In this document: piece by piece, positions 48,922-58,996 of the stretch
Layout of the letters: the number at the start of each line of letters is the position of its first letter
Numbering within the stretch: position 1 is the first letter of the stretch
NCBI GenBank assembly: GCA_963733655.1
Contig: CAVTEX010000005.1
Location: 187,834 to 251,833, forward strand
Source: an uncultured Thermoleophilaceae bacterium
GTDB lineage: Bacteria > Actinomycetota > Thermoleophilia > Solirubrobacterales > Thermoleophilaceae
Direction of reading: 5' to 3'
DNA length: 64,000 nucleotides
Made by a program: the position numbers and the translations under genes
The notes under the pieces: generated by a model
The model's database searches: none
Seen by the model: the letters and a program-made list of their open reading frames with translations, nothing else
Told to the model about the DNA's origin: nothing

Positions 48922-50264
48922 TGAACCGCCACCGCGCATGTGACGACTTCCACCGCACGCCGAGGGCAGCCGCCGCGACTACCTCGGCGGCCACGGGCTC
49001 ACCCGCCGCCAGGCGCTCGGGGCGGGGCTCGGCGCCGGCCTGGCGCTCTACACGGCCAAGGCGATGCCGCTCGACGCGGGTGTTCGAGGCGGCCGCCGCC
49101 GACGCCGCGGCTGCGCCCAACGCGCCCGGTGCTCGTCTCGGTCTTCCTGCCCGGGTGGCGTCGACCTGCTCGACACGCTGGTGCCGCTGCACGACTACGG
49201 GCGCTACGCCGACCTGCATCCGAAGCTGAAGGTGGCCGGGCTGCCGTTGCCGGGCGCGGGCTTCGGCATCAACCCGCGCCTCGCCGAGGGCGTCGGCGGC
49301 GGCATCAAGGGCCTCTTCGAGCGCGGCAAGATCGGCTTCCTGCCGGGCATCGACTACGCCAACCCCGACCTCTCCCACTTCCATTCGCGGCACTTCTGGG
49401 AGACGGGCCTGATCACCGACAAGACCGCCCCCGGCTGGCTCGGGCGCTGGCTCGACCGCTCCGGCGGCCGCGACAACCCGCTTCAGGGCGTGTCGATGAG
49501 CTGGGGGCTCTCGCCGGTGATGCGCTCGGGCCGCGCGCCGGTGGCCGCGGTGGCGTCGCCCGGCGACGCCGGCTTCTGGATCCGCGACACCTGGGGCGAG
49601 CCCTACGACGAGGCGATGGCCGCCTACGGGCGTCTCGGGCGCGACCCGCGGCGGCGGGCGCGCGCTGCAGGCGTCGCGCACAGCGGCGCGGCTGGCCAAG
49701 CAGGTGGCCGACCGCCTCGAGCCCTACAAGGAGCGCGACGGCGTCGATCCGCTGGCCTCGACGATCGCCTACCCGGCCGAGAGCGACTTCGGCGAGCGGC
49801 TGCGCTATCTGGCCGCGATGATCCAACAGCCGCTCGGCATCCGTGTGGCGGACGTGCACGCCGACGGCGACTTCGACACGCACGACAACCAAGTCGAGCT
49901 GGGGCCGCTCCTGGCCGAGGTGAGCCAATGCCTGGCCGCCTTCCAGGCGGACCTGCAGGCCCGAGGCGTGTCGAACCGTGTCCTCACATTCGTGTGGTCG
50001 GAGTTCGGTCGGCGTCCGGAGGAGAACGACACCGGCACCGACCACGGCGCCGGCGGGCTCGCCTGGGTCCAGGGCGACCGCGCCATCGGGGGCGTCCACA
50101 GCGAGTACCCCAACCTCAGCCAGCTCGACGACGAGGACAACCTGCGGGTGACGATCGACTTCCGGCGTGTCTACTCGAGCCTGCTCGAGCAGTGGCTGGG
50201 CACCGACGCAAGCGCGGTGATCCCGCGCGCCGGGGCCTTCGGGCGCGTCGCGCTCGTGCGGTGA
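48921..50264 (+). CDS. DUF1501 family protein (sulfatase/alkaline-phosphatase-like fold), at least 5 apparent frameshifts
   Basis: MNRHRACDDFHRT..., twin-Arg-like GSRRDYLGGHGLTRRQALGAGLGAGLALY, VLVSVFLPGGVDLLDTLVP..., GIDYANPDLSHFHSRHFWETG (ORF 49064..50638), ...VHADGDFDTHDNQ...WSEFGRRPEENDTGTDHG (ORF 49704..50264). 1-nt overlap with the DUF1800 stop. Confidence 0.75.
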
Positions 50265-50638
50265 AGCGACTCGCGCTCCCCGTCGTGTCGGCGGCGCTTC
50301 TGGCGTGCGCTGCCATGCCGGCGGTCGCGGCCGGCGCCCGCCCGACCGCCGTGGGCGTTGGCGAGCGCGAGTGGCGGGTGGCGCTCTACCGCTCCGCGGT
50401 CCCGGTGGGTCTCGTGAAGTTCAACGTGCGCAACTTCGGCGAGGACGGCCACGATCTCGCTGTTCGCAACCGCAAGGGGCGCCTGCGCGGACGAATGCCG
50501 GAGATCCGCCCCGGCACCCGCGGAAGCCTCACCGTCCGCCTGCGCCGCCCGGGCCGCTTCGTGGTGTTCTGCTCACTGGCCGGGCACGAGGAGCTCGGCA
50601 TGCGAGCCGTGCTGCGAGCGAAGAAGCGGCGCCGCTAG
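50261..50638 (+). CDS. secreted cupredoxin-like small protein
   Basis: GTG 50261 overlapping the DUF1501 stop (GTGA). Signal VKRLALPVVSAALLACAAMPAVAA. Putative type-1 Cu ligands ...EDGHDL... and FCSLAGHEELGM (C-x4-H-x4-M). Confidence 0.6.
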   Translation: MKRLALPVVSAALLACAAMPAVAAGARPTAVGVGEREWRVALYRSAVPVGLVKFNVRNFGEDGHDLAVRNRKGRLRGRMPEIRPGTRGSLTVRLRRPGRFVVFCSLAGHEELGMRAVLRAKKRRR

Positions 50639-50744
50639 CCGAGCGGGAATAACTCCCAACCGGTGCGGGTCCTTTCTGCGGGCCCCGAGAACGAGGGGCC
50701 GCGCACGGGAAAGCCCCCTGCGCTCAGATCAGAAAGGACTCACG

Positions 50745-51287
50745 ATGACGCGGCTCACCTCCGCCATCGCCGCGCTGTTCCTGGCGCTCGCCCTACTTGT
50801 CTCCTCCGGGGCGTTCGCGGGATCGGCGGCAACCGCCGACTCTCCACGCCATGCCGGCCACGGCTGGCATGCATACGACTTCGATCGCTTCCTGAAGCGC
50901 TACGAAGCCGCCAACACCGCCTTCGTAAACGGCGATCCGGCGCCGTGGTTGTCGATCACCGCCGAGAAGGATCCCCAGTCGATCTTCGGCGGCTTCGGCG
51001 GGCTCGGCGAAACGGGCGCCGAAGAAGTCCACCGGCGCTATCTGCTCGCGGCGGCCGCGTTCCGCTACGGCGGCGACAGGGTGGACTTCGAGTACTTGGT
51101 CAAGGACGTGCGCGGCAAGCTGGCCTACACCGTGGCCATCGAGAGCGCCGACGTCCTGTACGCAGGGCAGACCGAGACACAGGAGCAGGTCCTGCGCTCC
51201 ACGATGATCTTCCGTTTCGAGAAGGGTGCCTGGAAGATCGTCCACCGGCACGCCGACATGATGGTCGACCTGCAGCTGCCTGGATAA
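50745..51287 (+). CDS. secreted NTF2-like (SnoaL/DUF4440-type) protein
   Basis: 180 aa. Signal peptide MTRLTSAIAALFLALALLVSSGAFAGSAA. C-terminal ...RSTMIFRFEKGAWKIVHRHAD, typical of SnoaL-like folds. Confidence 0.55.
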   Translation: MTRLTSAIAALFLALALLVSSGAFAGSAATADSPRHAGHGWHAYDFDRFLKRYEAANTAFVNGDPAPWLSITAEKDPQSIFGGFGGLGETGAEEVHRRYLLAAAAFRYGGDRVDFEYLVKDVRGKLAYTVAIESADVLYAGQTETQEQVLRSTMIFRFEKGAWKIVHRHADMMVDLQLPG

Positions 51288-51311
51288 CCGCGCTTTGCCG
51301 ATGCCGTTGAT

Positions 51312-51365
51312 CCCCTCGGGTCTCGGGTGATATAGTTGCACATGCAATCACCTGAGCCCGAGGGG
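51312..51365. promoter_or_regulatory. long imperfect inverted repeat with a palindromic loop, immediately upstream of the dioxygenase gene
   Basis: CCCCTCGGGTCTCGGGTGA - tatagTTGCACATGCAA - TCACCTGAGCCCGAGGGG. It ends 10 nt before ATG 51376. Could be a terminator for the upstream gene and/or an operator. Confidence 0.35.
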
Positions 51366-51375
51366 AGCAGTACCG

Positions 51376-52300
51376 ATGAAGCTCAACGGCATCCACCACA
51401 TCACCGCGATCACCGGCGACGCGCAGGCCAACGTCGACTTCTACACGCGCGTGCTCGGCCTGCGGATGGTCAAGAAGTCCGTCAACCAGGACGACCCGAG
51501 CGTCTACCACCTCTTCTACGGCGACGAGCACGCCAAGCCGGGGCTGGACCTCACCTTCTTCGAGTATCCGGGCGCCGCGCCCGGCCGCGCCGGCGAGGGC
51601 ATGGTCCACCGGATCCTGTGGCGGGTGGGCTCGCCCGCCGCGCTCGACTTCTGGGCGGAGCGGCTGGCCGACGAGGGCATCGAGTCGGAGCGCGAGGCCG
51701 ACCGGCTCTCGCTTCCGCGATCCCGAGGGCCTGGAGCACGAGCTTGGTGTTCACGACGTGACCGACGAGCCGCTGATCGCCGAGCACCCCGAGGTTCCCG
51801 CCGAGCACGCGCTGCAGGGCTTCCACGGCGTGCGCGCCTACGGGTCGGATCCGGAGCGCAGCCGCGACCTGCTCGAAGCCGGCATGGGATTCACCGGCGT
51901 CGATGACGGCTGGGAGACCCGCGGCGACAGCCGCGGCGGCACCTACGCGTACGACGAGCCCCCCGCCCAGCGGCCGATTCAGGGCGCGGGCACGGTCCAC
52001 CACATCGCGTGGGCCACCACCGACGAGGAGCATGCCGACTGGCGCGCCCAGGTACGCGGACACGGGGCCCACCCCACCGAGGTGATCGACCGGCACTACT
52101 TCCGCTCGATCTACTTCCGCGAGCCGAGCGGCGTGCTGTTCGAGCTGGCCACGCCGAGTCCCGGGTTCACGATCGACGAGCCGCTCGAGACGCTCGGCGA
52201 GAAGCTCTCGATTCCGCCCTTCCTCGAGTCCCGGCGCCCGGAGATCGAGGCGATCGTCAAGCCACTCGACTACCGGCGGGCCGTGTCCAGCGAGGGCTGA
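51376..52300 (+). CDS. ring-cleaving (extradiol-type, VOC superfamily) dioxygenase, two apparent frameshifts (~51705, ~51750)
   Basis: MKLNGIHHITAITGDAQANVDFYTRVLGLRMVKKSVNQDDPSVYHLFYGDE... (ORF 51376..51906). Second half ...GTVHHIAWATTDEEH...YFRSIYFREPSGVLFELAT in ORF 51758..52300. Confidence 0.8.
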
Positions 52301-52372
52301 ATTTCGGTGAGCGACGCTGCGGCGCGGCGTCGGACGACCCAAGGCCCCGCATACTCGCGATGATGCCCGGCC

Positions 52373-53910
52373 GTGGATCTCGTCTTCGATCGAGGGAACA
52401 TCCGAACGCTCGACCCGGCCCGCCCCGAAGCGACACTGCTGGCGGTTTCCGGGGAGCTGGTCGCGGATAGCCCATGCCTGGAGCGCGCCGCATCGACCTC
52501 GACGGCCGCTGCGTCGTGCCCGGCTTCGCGGACTCCCACGTGCACTTCCCCACCTGGTCGCTCGGACTACGCCAGGCAAGGCTGGACGGCGCGCGCTCGC
52601 TGGACGAGGCGCTCGATCGGGTGGCCCAGGCGCGGCCGGCGGTCGCGGCCGGCGGCTGGCTGCGCGGGCTCGGCTGGCGTGACGGCGACTGGCCCGACCC
52701 GCCCACCCGCTGGGCCCTGGACCGGGTGGCCGGCGACGTTCCGGTGGCGCTGATGGCCAAGGACTACCACTCGCTCTGGCTCAACAGCGCCGCTCTGGCG
52801 CGAGCCGACCTGCCGCTCGAGCGCCCGGGTGGCGTGGTCGAGCGCGACGAGCGCGGTGAGCCCACCGGCGTACTGCGCGAGAACTCGGCCTGGGCCTTTC
52901 GCGACCGCTACGTCCGGCCCACGCTCGAGGAGATGGTCGAGGCTTCGCGCGAGGGAATGCGGATCGCGCGGCGTCTCGCGGGGTCACCGCGATTCACGAC
53001 AAGGACGGCTGGCTCGGCTCGCTCGAGGTGCATCAGCGACTGCTCGCGGACGAGGACCTGCTGGTACGGGTGTGGCAGTCGCTGCCCTGGGAGCGCCTCG
53101 ACGAGCTGGAGGCGCTCGGTCTGCGCTCCGGGCTATCGGCGACCCGCTGCTGAGGCTCGGCTACCTGAAGGGCTTCATGGACGGCACGCTGGGGTCGGCC
53201 ACCGCGCGCCTGCTCGACGGCTCCGGCGTGGAGATCACGAGCAGCGAGGGCCTCGAGGCCGTGGTTCGCCGCGCGGCGGCCGCGGGCTGGCCGGTGGCGG
53301 TCCACGCAATCGGCGACGCCGCCAACCGGGCGGCACTGGATGCCTTCGAGCGTTCGCGGGACGCCTGGCGGGCGGCGGGCCTGCGGCCCCGCATCGAGCA
53401 TGCCCAGCTGCTGGCGCCGGAGGAGTTCGCGCGCTTCGCCGCTCTCGGGCGTGGCCGCCTCCGTCCAGTTCAGCCACGCCCCCTCCGACCGCGACCTCGC
53501 CGACCGCGTGTGGGAGGGCAACCCCGGCGCGTACGCGTACCGCTCGCTGCTCGACGCCGGCGCGCTGCTGGCCAACGGCTCCGACGCCCCGGTGGAGGAG
53601 CTCGACCCGCTGGCGGGAATCGCCGCGGGTGTCCATCGCACCCTCGACGAGCCGCCCACCGTGGCGGCCCGAGCAGGCGCTGACGGTCGAGCGAGGCGTT
53701 GCGCGCCACCTGCGTGGCTCCGGCCTGGCTCGAGGGCGAGGAGCGCCGGCGTGGCATGCTGTCGCCCGGAATGCTGGCCGATCTGGTGGTGCTCGACCGC
53801 GACCCGTTCACCTGCCCGCCCGACGAGCTGGGCGGAGATCGGTGTCGAGGCGACGATGGTCGGCGGGCGCTTCACCCACGTAGCGGGCCACTGGGCGCGT
53901 GGTCGAGTGA
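52373..53910 (+). CDS. amidohydrolase-family metal-dependent hydrolase (YtcJ-like), about 8 apparent frameshifts
   Basis: Fragments across all three frames: MDLVFDRGNIRTLDP..., VVPGFADSHVHFPTWSL..., VTAIHDKDGW..., LGYLKGFMDGTLGS...AVHAIGDAANR...RIEHAQLL, ASVQFSHAPSD...ANGSDAPVEELDP, MLADLVVLDRDPF, EATMVGGRF. Confidence 0.75.
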
Positions 53911-54419
53911 GCGAGCTGAGCGACGCGCCCGTCGTCGACGACGAGCTCGAGCGCCAGGTCGAGCGCCTGGCCGGAGCGATCTACGGCACGATCCTGGTGG
54001 CGGGGGTGCTGGCGGCCACCTCCGCGGACGACGACCGGAGGTCGCGGACAGCGCCATCTACGTGTTCTCCACGGTCTTCGTGTTCTGGCTGGCCCACGCC
54101 TGGGCCGATTCACTCGCCCGTCGCGTGGCTCGCACCCGCGCAGGCCTGAAGCGGCTTTCGCACCACCCTGGCCAACCAGTGGCCGCTCGTCCAGTCGGCC
54201 TTTCCGCCGATCGTCGTGATGCTGGTGGCCAGCGCGCTCGGCGCCGACGACGAGGCAGCGATCAATTGGGGGGCCTGGAGCTGTGTGGTGCTGCTGGCGG
54301 GTTGGGGCGTCGTGGTGGGGCGCAAGGAAAGGGGGTCCACGGGCGGAGTCATCGTTACCTCCGTGGCCTGCGCCGGGCTGGGAATCCTGATGATCGGCCT
54401 CAAGGCACTGCTCAACTGA
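53907..54419 (+). CDS. hypothetical membrane protein, two apparent frameshifts
   Basis: GTG 53907 (GTGA with the amidohydrolase stop frame): VSELSDAPVVDDELERQVERLAGAIYGTILVAGVLAATS... ...SAIYVFSTVFVFWLAHAWADSLARRV ... VVMLVASALGADDEAAINWGAWSCVVLLAGWGVVVG...VACAGLGILMIGLKALLN* (ORF 54216..54419). Confidence 0.45.
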
Positions 54420-54468
54420 CGGTTGCCAGGTGTGGCTTCGGACTCCGGCGGGCATACCGCGAACCGTC

Positions 54469-54885
54469 ATGAAGCGGGAGTCATGGCTACCGGCCACGCC
54501 GGAGAGCGTGGGTAGTGCCCGAGCGGCTGTGCTCGAGGCGGGCCGCGGACTGCGCGGCCTCGACGAGGACGCCCTCTGGGAGCTAGATGCTCGCGACCTC
54601 GGAGGCGGTGGCCAATGCGGTGCGGCACGGAGAGGGCTGTCGTGACCCCGGGCACGCCTGCGGCCCGGAGGGCGCGATCCTGCTCGCCATCGAGACCACC
54701 GAGGAGGGCTGTTCGTGGAAGTGTGCGACTGCGGGCGCTTCGGCGGCGGCGTGCAGGCGCCCGACCTCGAGTCGGTGGGCGGGCGCGGCATCCCGATCAT
54801 CGCCGCCGTGGTGGACCACCTCGAGCTGCTGCCGGCGGCGGACCGAACGCGGATCCGCTTCGGCAAGCGCGTGCTGGTGGCCTAG
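54469..54885 (+). CDS. HATPase_c-type ATP-binding protein (RsbW/SpoIIAB-like anti-sigma kinase family), two apparent frameshifts
   Basis: MKRESWLPATPESVGSARAAVLEAGRGL..., N-box LATSEAVANAVRHG, ...VCDCGRFGGG...GGRGIPIIAAVVDHLELL...RIRFGKRVLVA* assembled from three frames. Confidence 0.6.
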
Positions 54886-55321
54886 CCGGCGGGCGTCGCC
54901 AACTCGAACCAGACCCGCGTGCGCCGTCGCGGACGACGCCCCAGCGGTCGGCGAGCTGATCGACCAGGACGAGACCCCAGCCGCCCGGCTCGTCGAGCGG
55001 TGCGTCGCGCTCGCTCGGGGCAAACCCGGGCCCGGATCGGTGACGGTGACGCCAATGCCCTTCTCGAGTCGTCCGCAGCTCCAGCTCGATCAGGTCCTCG
55101 CTTCCGGCTCCCCCGTGCCTCACGGCGTTGGTGATCAGCTCCGAGACCAGCAGGGTCAGGGTGATCTCCGTGTCCTCGGGCAGCCACGCCGTGACGTTGC
55201 GCAACCAGGCCCGTGCGCGCTCGGGAGCCTGAGCGCCGCTGGCGACCGCCAGCTTGAAGCGTCCGCCGTTGATGCCGTCTGCGACGTGCATCTCTGGCGC
55301 GGGAGCGGTGGAATAAGCCAT
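54882..55321 (-). CDS. HATPase_c-type ATP-binding protein (anti-sigma kinase-like), two apparent frameshifts
   Basis: ORF 54797..55321: MAYSTAPAPEMHVADGINGGRFKLAVASGAQAPERARAWLRNV...LLVSELITNAVRHGGAGS...LELRTT. Then ...DPGPGFAPS...GGWGLVLVDQLADRWGVV...TRVWFELATPAG* (end of ORF 54882..55409). Confidence 0.65.
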
Positions 55322-55438
55322 CGGGAACTAGGCCCTCCGGGGATCGGCCTACGGTACGGGTCCTTGGCCACTTTCGGCATTCGCGGGCGTGCCCTTTAGC
55401 CCTCTGCACGAGATCTTGACCAGGTTAGGGGGAGCAGC

Positions 55439-56236
55439 CTACGCGTTTCCTCGGACATTGGCCAGAGGGATGCGTTCGGCGTGCGTGTAGACGTTCACGC
55501 TGCCCTGCCGCGCGAAACCGGCCAGCGTAAGCCCGCGGTCGTCCGCCAGCTCCACCGCCAGCGAGGTGGGCGCCCCGACGCCCACCAGAATCGGGCAGCC
55601 CGCCCGGGCGGCCTTCTGCACCAGCTCGAAGCCGAGGCGCCCACTCACGCACAGCACGCTGCTCGGACAGCGGCAGGCGGCCGTCCAGGAGTGCCCGCCC
55701 GATCACCTTGTCCATCGCGTTGTGGCGACCCACGTCCTCGCGTACCAGCAGCGGCTCTCCCCCGCCCGCCGGCGAAGAGCCCGGTGGCGTGCAGGCCGCC
55801 CGTGCGGTCGAACACCGGCTGGCGCAGGCGGTCGGGCAACGCGGCCAGTTCCTGCCGCGAAATGGTGGGGCCGCCCTCGACCCGCGGCGGCGTGCACCGC
55901 CACCTCCTCGAGCGCTCCCTTGCCGCAGATCCCGCAGGAGGAGGTGGTGTAGAAGCGGCGGTTCGCCGGCGCGGCGGCGCCCGGGGCCCGCACCTCGACG
56001 GTGTTGGCCGCGAGGTCGTCGGGCAGGGTCACCTCGGGCGGGTCGTCGACGATGCCCTCGCCGTAGAGGAAGCCGGCGGCCAGCTCCAGGTCGTGACCGG
56101 GAGTGCGCATCGTCACCGCGACGGGCTCGCCGTTGAGCCTGATCTCCAGCGGCAGCTCCACGGCCACCTCGTCGGTGCCGCCGTCTCGCTCGACGCGAGC
56201 GAGCATCCCGGTGGCGACACCCTCGAGCGAGGCCAT
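55439..56236 (-). CDS. fdhD: formate dehydrogenase accessory sulfurtransferase FdhD, three apparent frameshifts
   Basis: [19 protein letters not shown]...[19 protein letters not shown]...[16 protein letters not shown] (ORF 55703..56296 from ATG 56236), [67 protein letters not shown] (ORF 55439..55657). Confidence 0.8.
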
Positions 56237-56240
56237 GTGA

Positions 56241-58340
56241 CTAGCCGCTGAGCGCGGGCTCCGCCAACTCGCGCGGCGGCCGCCTGTCCACGGCACCGGC
56301 GGGCTCCACCGACACTGCCACGACCTTGTACTCGGGGCACGAGGTGTTGATGTCGGCCGACGGGCCGATCAGCAGGTTGGTGCGCACCTCCGGGAAGTGG
56401 AAGGCGGTGAACACGTGCCCCACCTCGATCCGCTCGGTGAGCCTGACCGGCAGCACGATCTCGCCCCGCCGGCTGCGTACCCGGACCTCGGCGCCCTCCT
56501 CGAGACCCAGCGACGCGGCGTCGTCCGGATGGATCTCGAGCCAGTCGGACGGCATCAGGTCGAGGTTGCCGGTGCGACGGGTCATCGTGCCGGCGTTGTA
56601 GTGCTCGAGGCGTCGTCCGGTGACCAGGATCAGCGGGAACTCGTCGTCGGCGGCGTCGCCGGGTGGCTTGTAGGGCAGCGGTGCGAACTGGGCCCGGCCG
56701 CCGGGCAGCGCGAACTCGTCCTCGTAGAGAATCGGCGTGTCCGTGCCGTCGGGGGCCACCGGCCACTGCAGCCCGCCGCGGCCCAGGCGCTCGTGGCTGA
56801 TGCCGGCGTAGCGGGGCGTGAGGTCGGCGATCTCGTCCATCACGTCGGCCGGCTCCGAGTAGCCCATGTCGTGGCCGAGGGCGCGCGACACGGTGGTGAG
56901 GATGTCGAAGTCCGTCCGGGCGGCACCGGGCGGGTCGACCGCGGCCTCCACCAGCTGGACCCTGCGCTCGGCGTTCGTGAAGGTTCCGGTCTTCTCCAGG
57001 AAGGCGGAGGCGGGCAGAACCACGTCGGCGTGCCGGGTGGTCTCGTTCTCGAAGATGTCCTGGCAGACCAGGAAGTCGAGCGAGTCGAGCGCCTTGATCA
57101 CGTGCTCGGTGTTGGGGTCGGTCTGGGCGACGTCCTCGCCGAAGATGTACATCGCCTTGAGCCGTCCCTCGACGGCGGCGTCGAACATCTCGGGGATCTT
57201 CATCCCCTTCTCGCGCTTCATCTGGACGCCCCAGCGCTCCTCGAAGCTGCGCGCGACCTCGTCGTCCTCCACGCTGTCGGTAGTCGGTGAAGGTGTCGGG
57301 CAGCGCGCCGTGGTCGGACGAGCCCTGCACGTTGTTCTGGCCGCGCAGCGGCAGCAGGGCGGCGCCCGGCCGGCCGACGTTGCCGGTCATCAGGGCGAGG
57401 TTGCAGATCAGGCGCACGCACTCCGAGCCGTAGCGGTGCTCGGTCACGCCGAGGCCCCACAGGATCGATCCGCGCTCGGCCTCCGCGTACAGGTGGGCCG
57501 CGCGCACGAGGTCGTCCGCCGGCACGGAGGTGATCTCCTCCACCGCCTCGGGCGTGTACGGCCCGACGAGCTCCTCGACCGACTCGAAGCCCTCGGTGCG
57601 CTCGGCGATGAAGCGCGGATCGGTCAGGCCGTCGCGGATGACCACGTGGGCCAGCCCGTTGAGCAGGGCCGCGTTGGTGCCCGGACGGGTGCCGAGGTGC
57701 AGCTGGCCGTAGTCGGCCAGCTCGATGCGGCGCGGATCGGCGGTGATGAGCTTGAGCCCCTTGATGGCGGCCTGCTTGATCCGCGCGCCCACCACGGGAT
57801 GGCCGGCGGTGGGGTTGGCGCCGATGATCAGCGCGACCTCGGCGGCCTCGATGTCGTTGAAGGAGCCGGTGGCGCCCGACATCCCGAACGACTTGCGCAG
57901 CGCGAACGAGGTGGGCGAGTGGCAGACCCGCGAGCAGTTGTCGATGTTGTGCGTGCCGATCGCCGCGCGCATCAGGCGCTGCATCACGTAGCAGTCCTCG
58001 TTGGTCGCGCGCGAGGAGGCGAGACCGGCGATCGCGTCGGGGCCGTGCTCGTCGCGGATGCCCCCGAGGGCGTCCGCCACGCGGCGCGATGGCCTCCTCC
58101 CAGGAGGCGAGCCGGAAGCCGTCGCCCTCGCGCACGAGCGGCGCGGTGAGACGGTCCCGCGAGCGGGCGAACTGGTGGGCGAAGCGGCCCTTGACGCAGG
58201 TGTGGCCCTTGTTGGCCGGGCCCGTCCATGGCAGGGCTGATCGAGCGGATCCGCCCATCCACCCGGTGCGCCTCCAGCCGGCATCCCACCCCGCAGTAGC
58301 CGCAGGTGGTGGTGGTGGTGGCTTCGAACCGGGTGCTCAT
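56241..58340 (-). CDS. formate dehydrogenase alpha, molybdopterin (bis-MGD) catalytic part, Cys-type; three apparent frameshifts (~58230, ~58095, ~57275)
   Basis: [20 protein letters not shown] (4Fe-4S), [13 protein letters not shown], ...[14 protein letters not shown] (Cys at the Sec/Cys position), large middle in ORF 56113..58284, C-terminal barrel in ORF 56241..57272. Confidence 0.9.
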
Positions 58341-58996
58341 GTCAGTCCCCCTTCTTCATTGCCACTAGACGGTAGCGCGAGTTCCAGCAGCAGATGCTCG
58401 GTTATCGCGTCGGTGGGGCAGGTGTCGGCGCAGGCGCCGCAGGACACGCAGGTCGACTCGGTGAAGCCCGAGTCGAGCCCGGCGGTGATGCCCGAGTCGA
58501 ATCCGCGCCCGGTGGCGGTGAGCGCGAACGCGCCCTGGACCTCGTCGCAGGCTCGCACGCAGCGCCCGCACGAGATGCACAGCTCGTGCTGGAGGACGAG
58601 GTAGGGATGGCGCTGGTCGTGCGCGGGGCGGCGTTGCTCTCCCTGCCAGCGCGGCTCCTCGATGCCGAAGATGCCGCGCCACCTCGGCCAGCTCGGTGTG
58701 CTCGCCGGGGTCGTCCGGCAGTTCGGACATCACGAGCTCGACGGTTGCACCCGCGATGCGCCGCGAGGTCTCGTCCTCGGTGTCCACCACCATCCCGTCG
58801 CGGCAGGGCGTGGTGCAGGCGGCGAGCGGCCCCGGGGCGCCCTCCACGCCAACCATGCACACCCGGCAGGCGCCGAAGGGATCCATCCGCTCGTCGAAGC
58901 AGAGCGTGGGCACGTAGCGGCCCGCCGCCTGGGCGGCCTCGAGGATGGTGGTGCCGGGCTCGACCTCGAGCTCGTGCCGTCGATCGTGACCTTCAC
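58337..58996 (-). CDS. formate dehydrogenase alpha, NuoG-like Fe-S N-terminal part encoded as a separate ORF; two apparent frameshifts
   Basis: VKVTIDGTELEVEPGTTILEAAQAAGRYVPTLCFDERMDPFGACRVCMVGVEG (2Fe-2S), CISCGRCVRAC and CVSCGACADTCP (4Fe-4S). Ends ...EEGGLT* with an ATGA overlap onto the Mo-subunit ATG. Confidence 0.8.

Noticed and set aside
58337-58340. TGA between the Fe-S and Mo parts of formate dehydrogenase as a selenocysteine or read-through codon
   Set aside because: The Sec/Cys catalytic position is encoded further downstream as Cys (SRVCHSPT). The TGA is part of an ATGA stop/start overlap and is out of frame with the Mo-subunit ORF.
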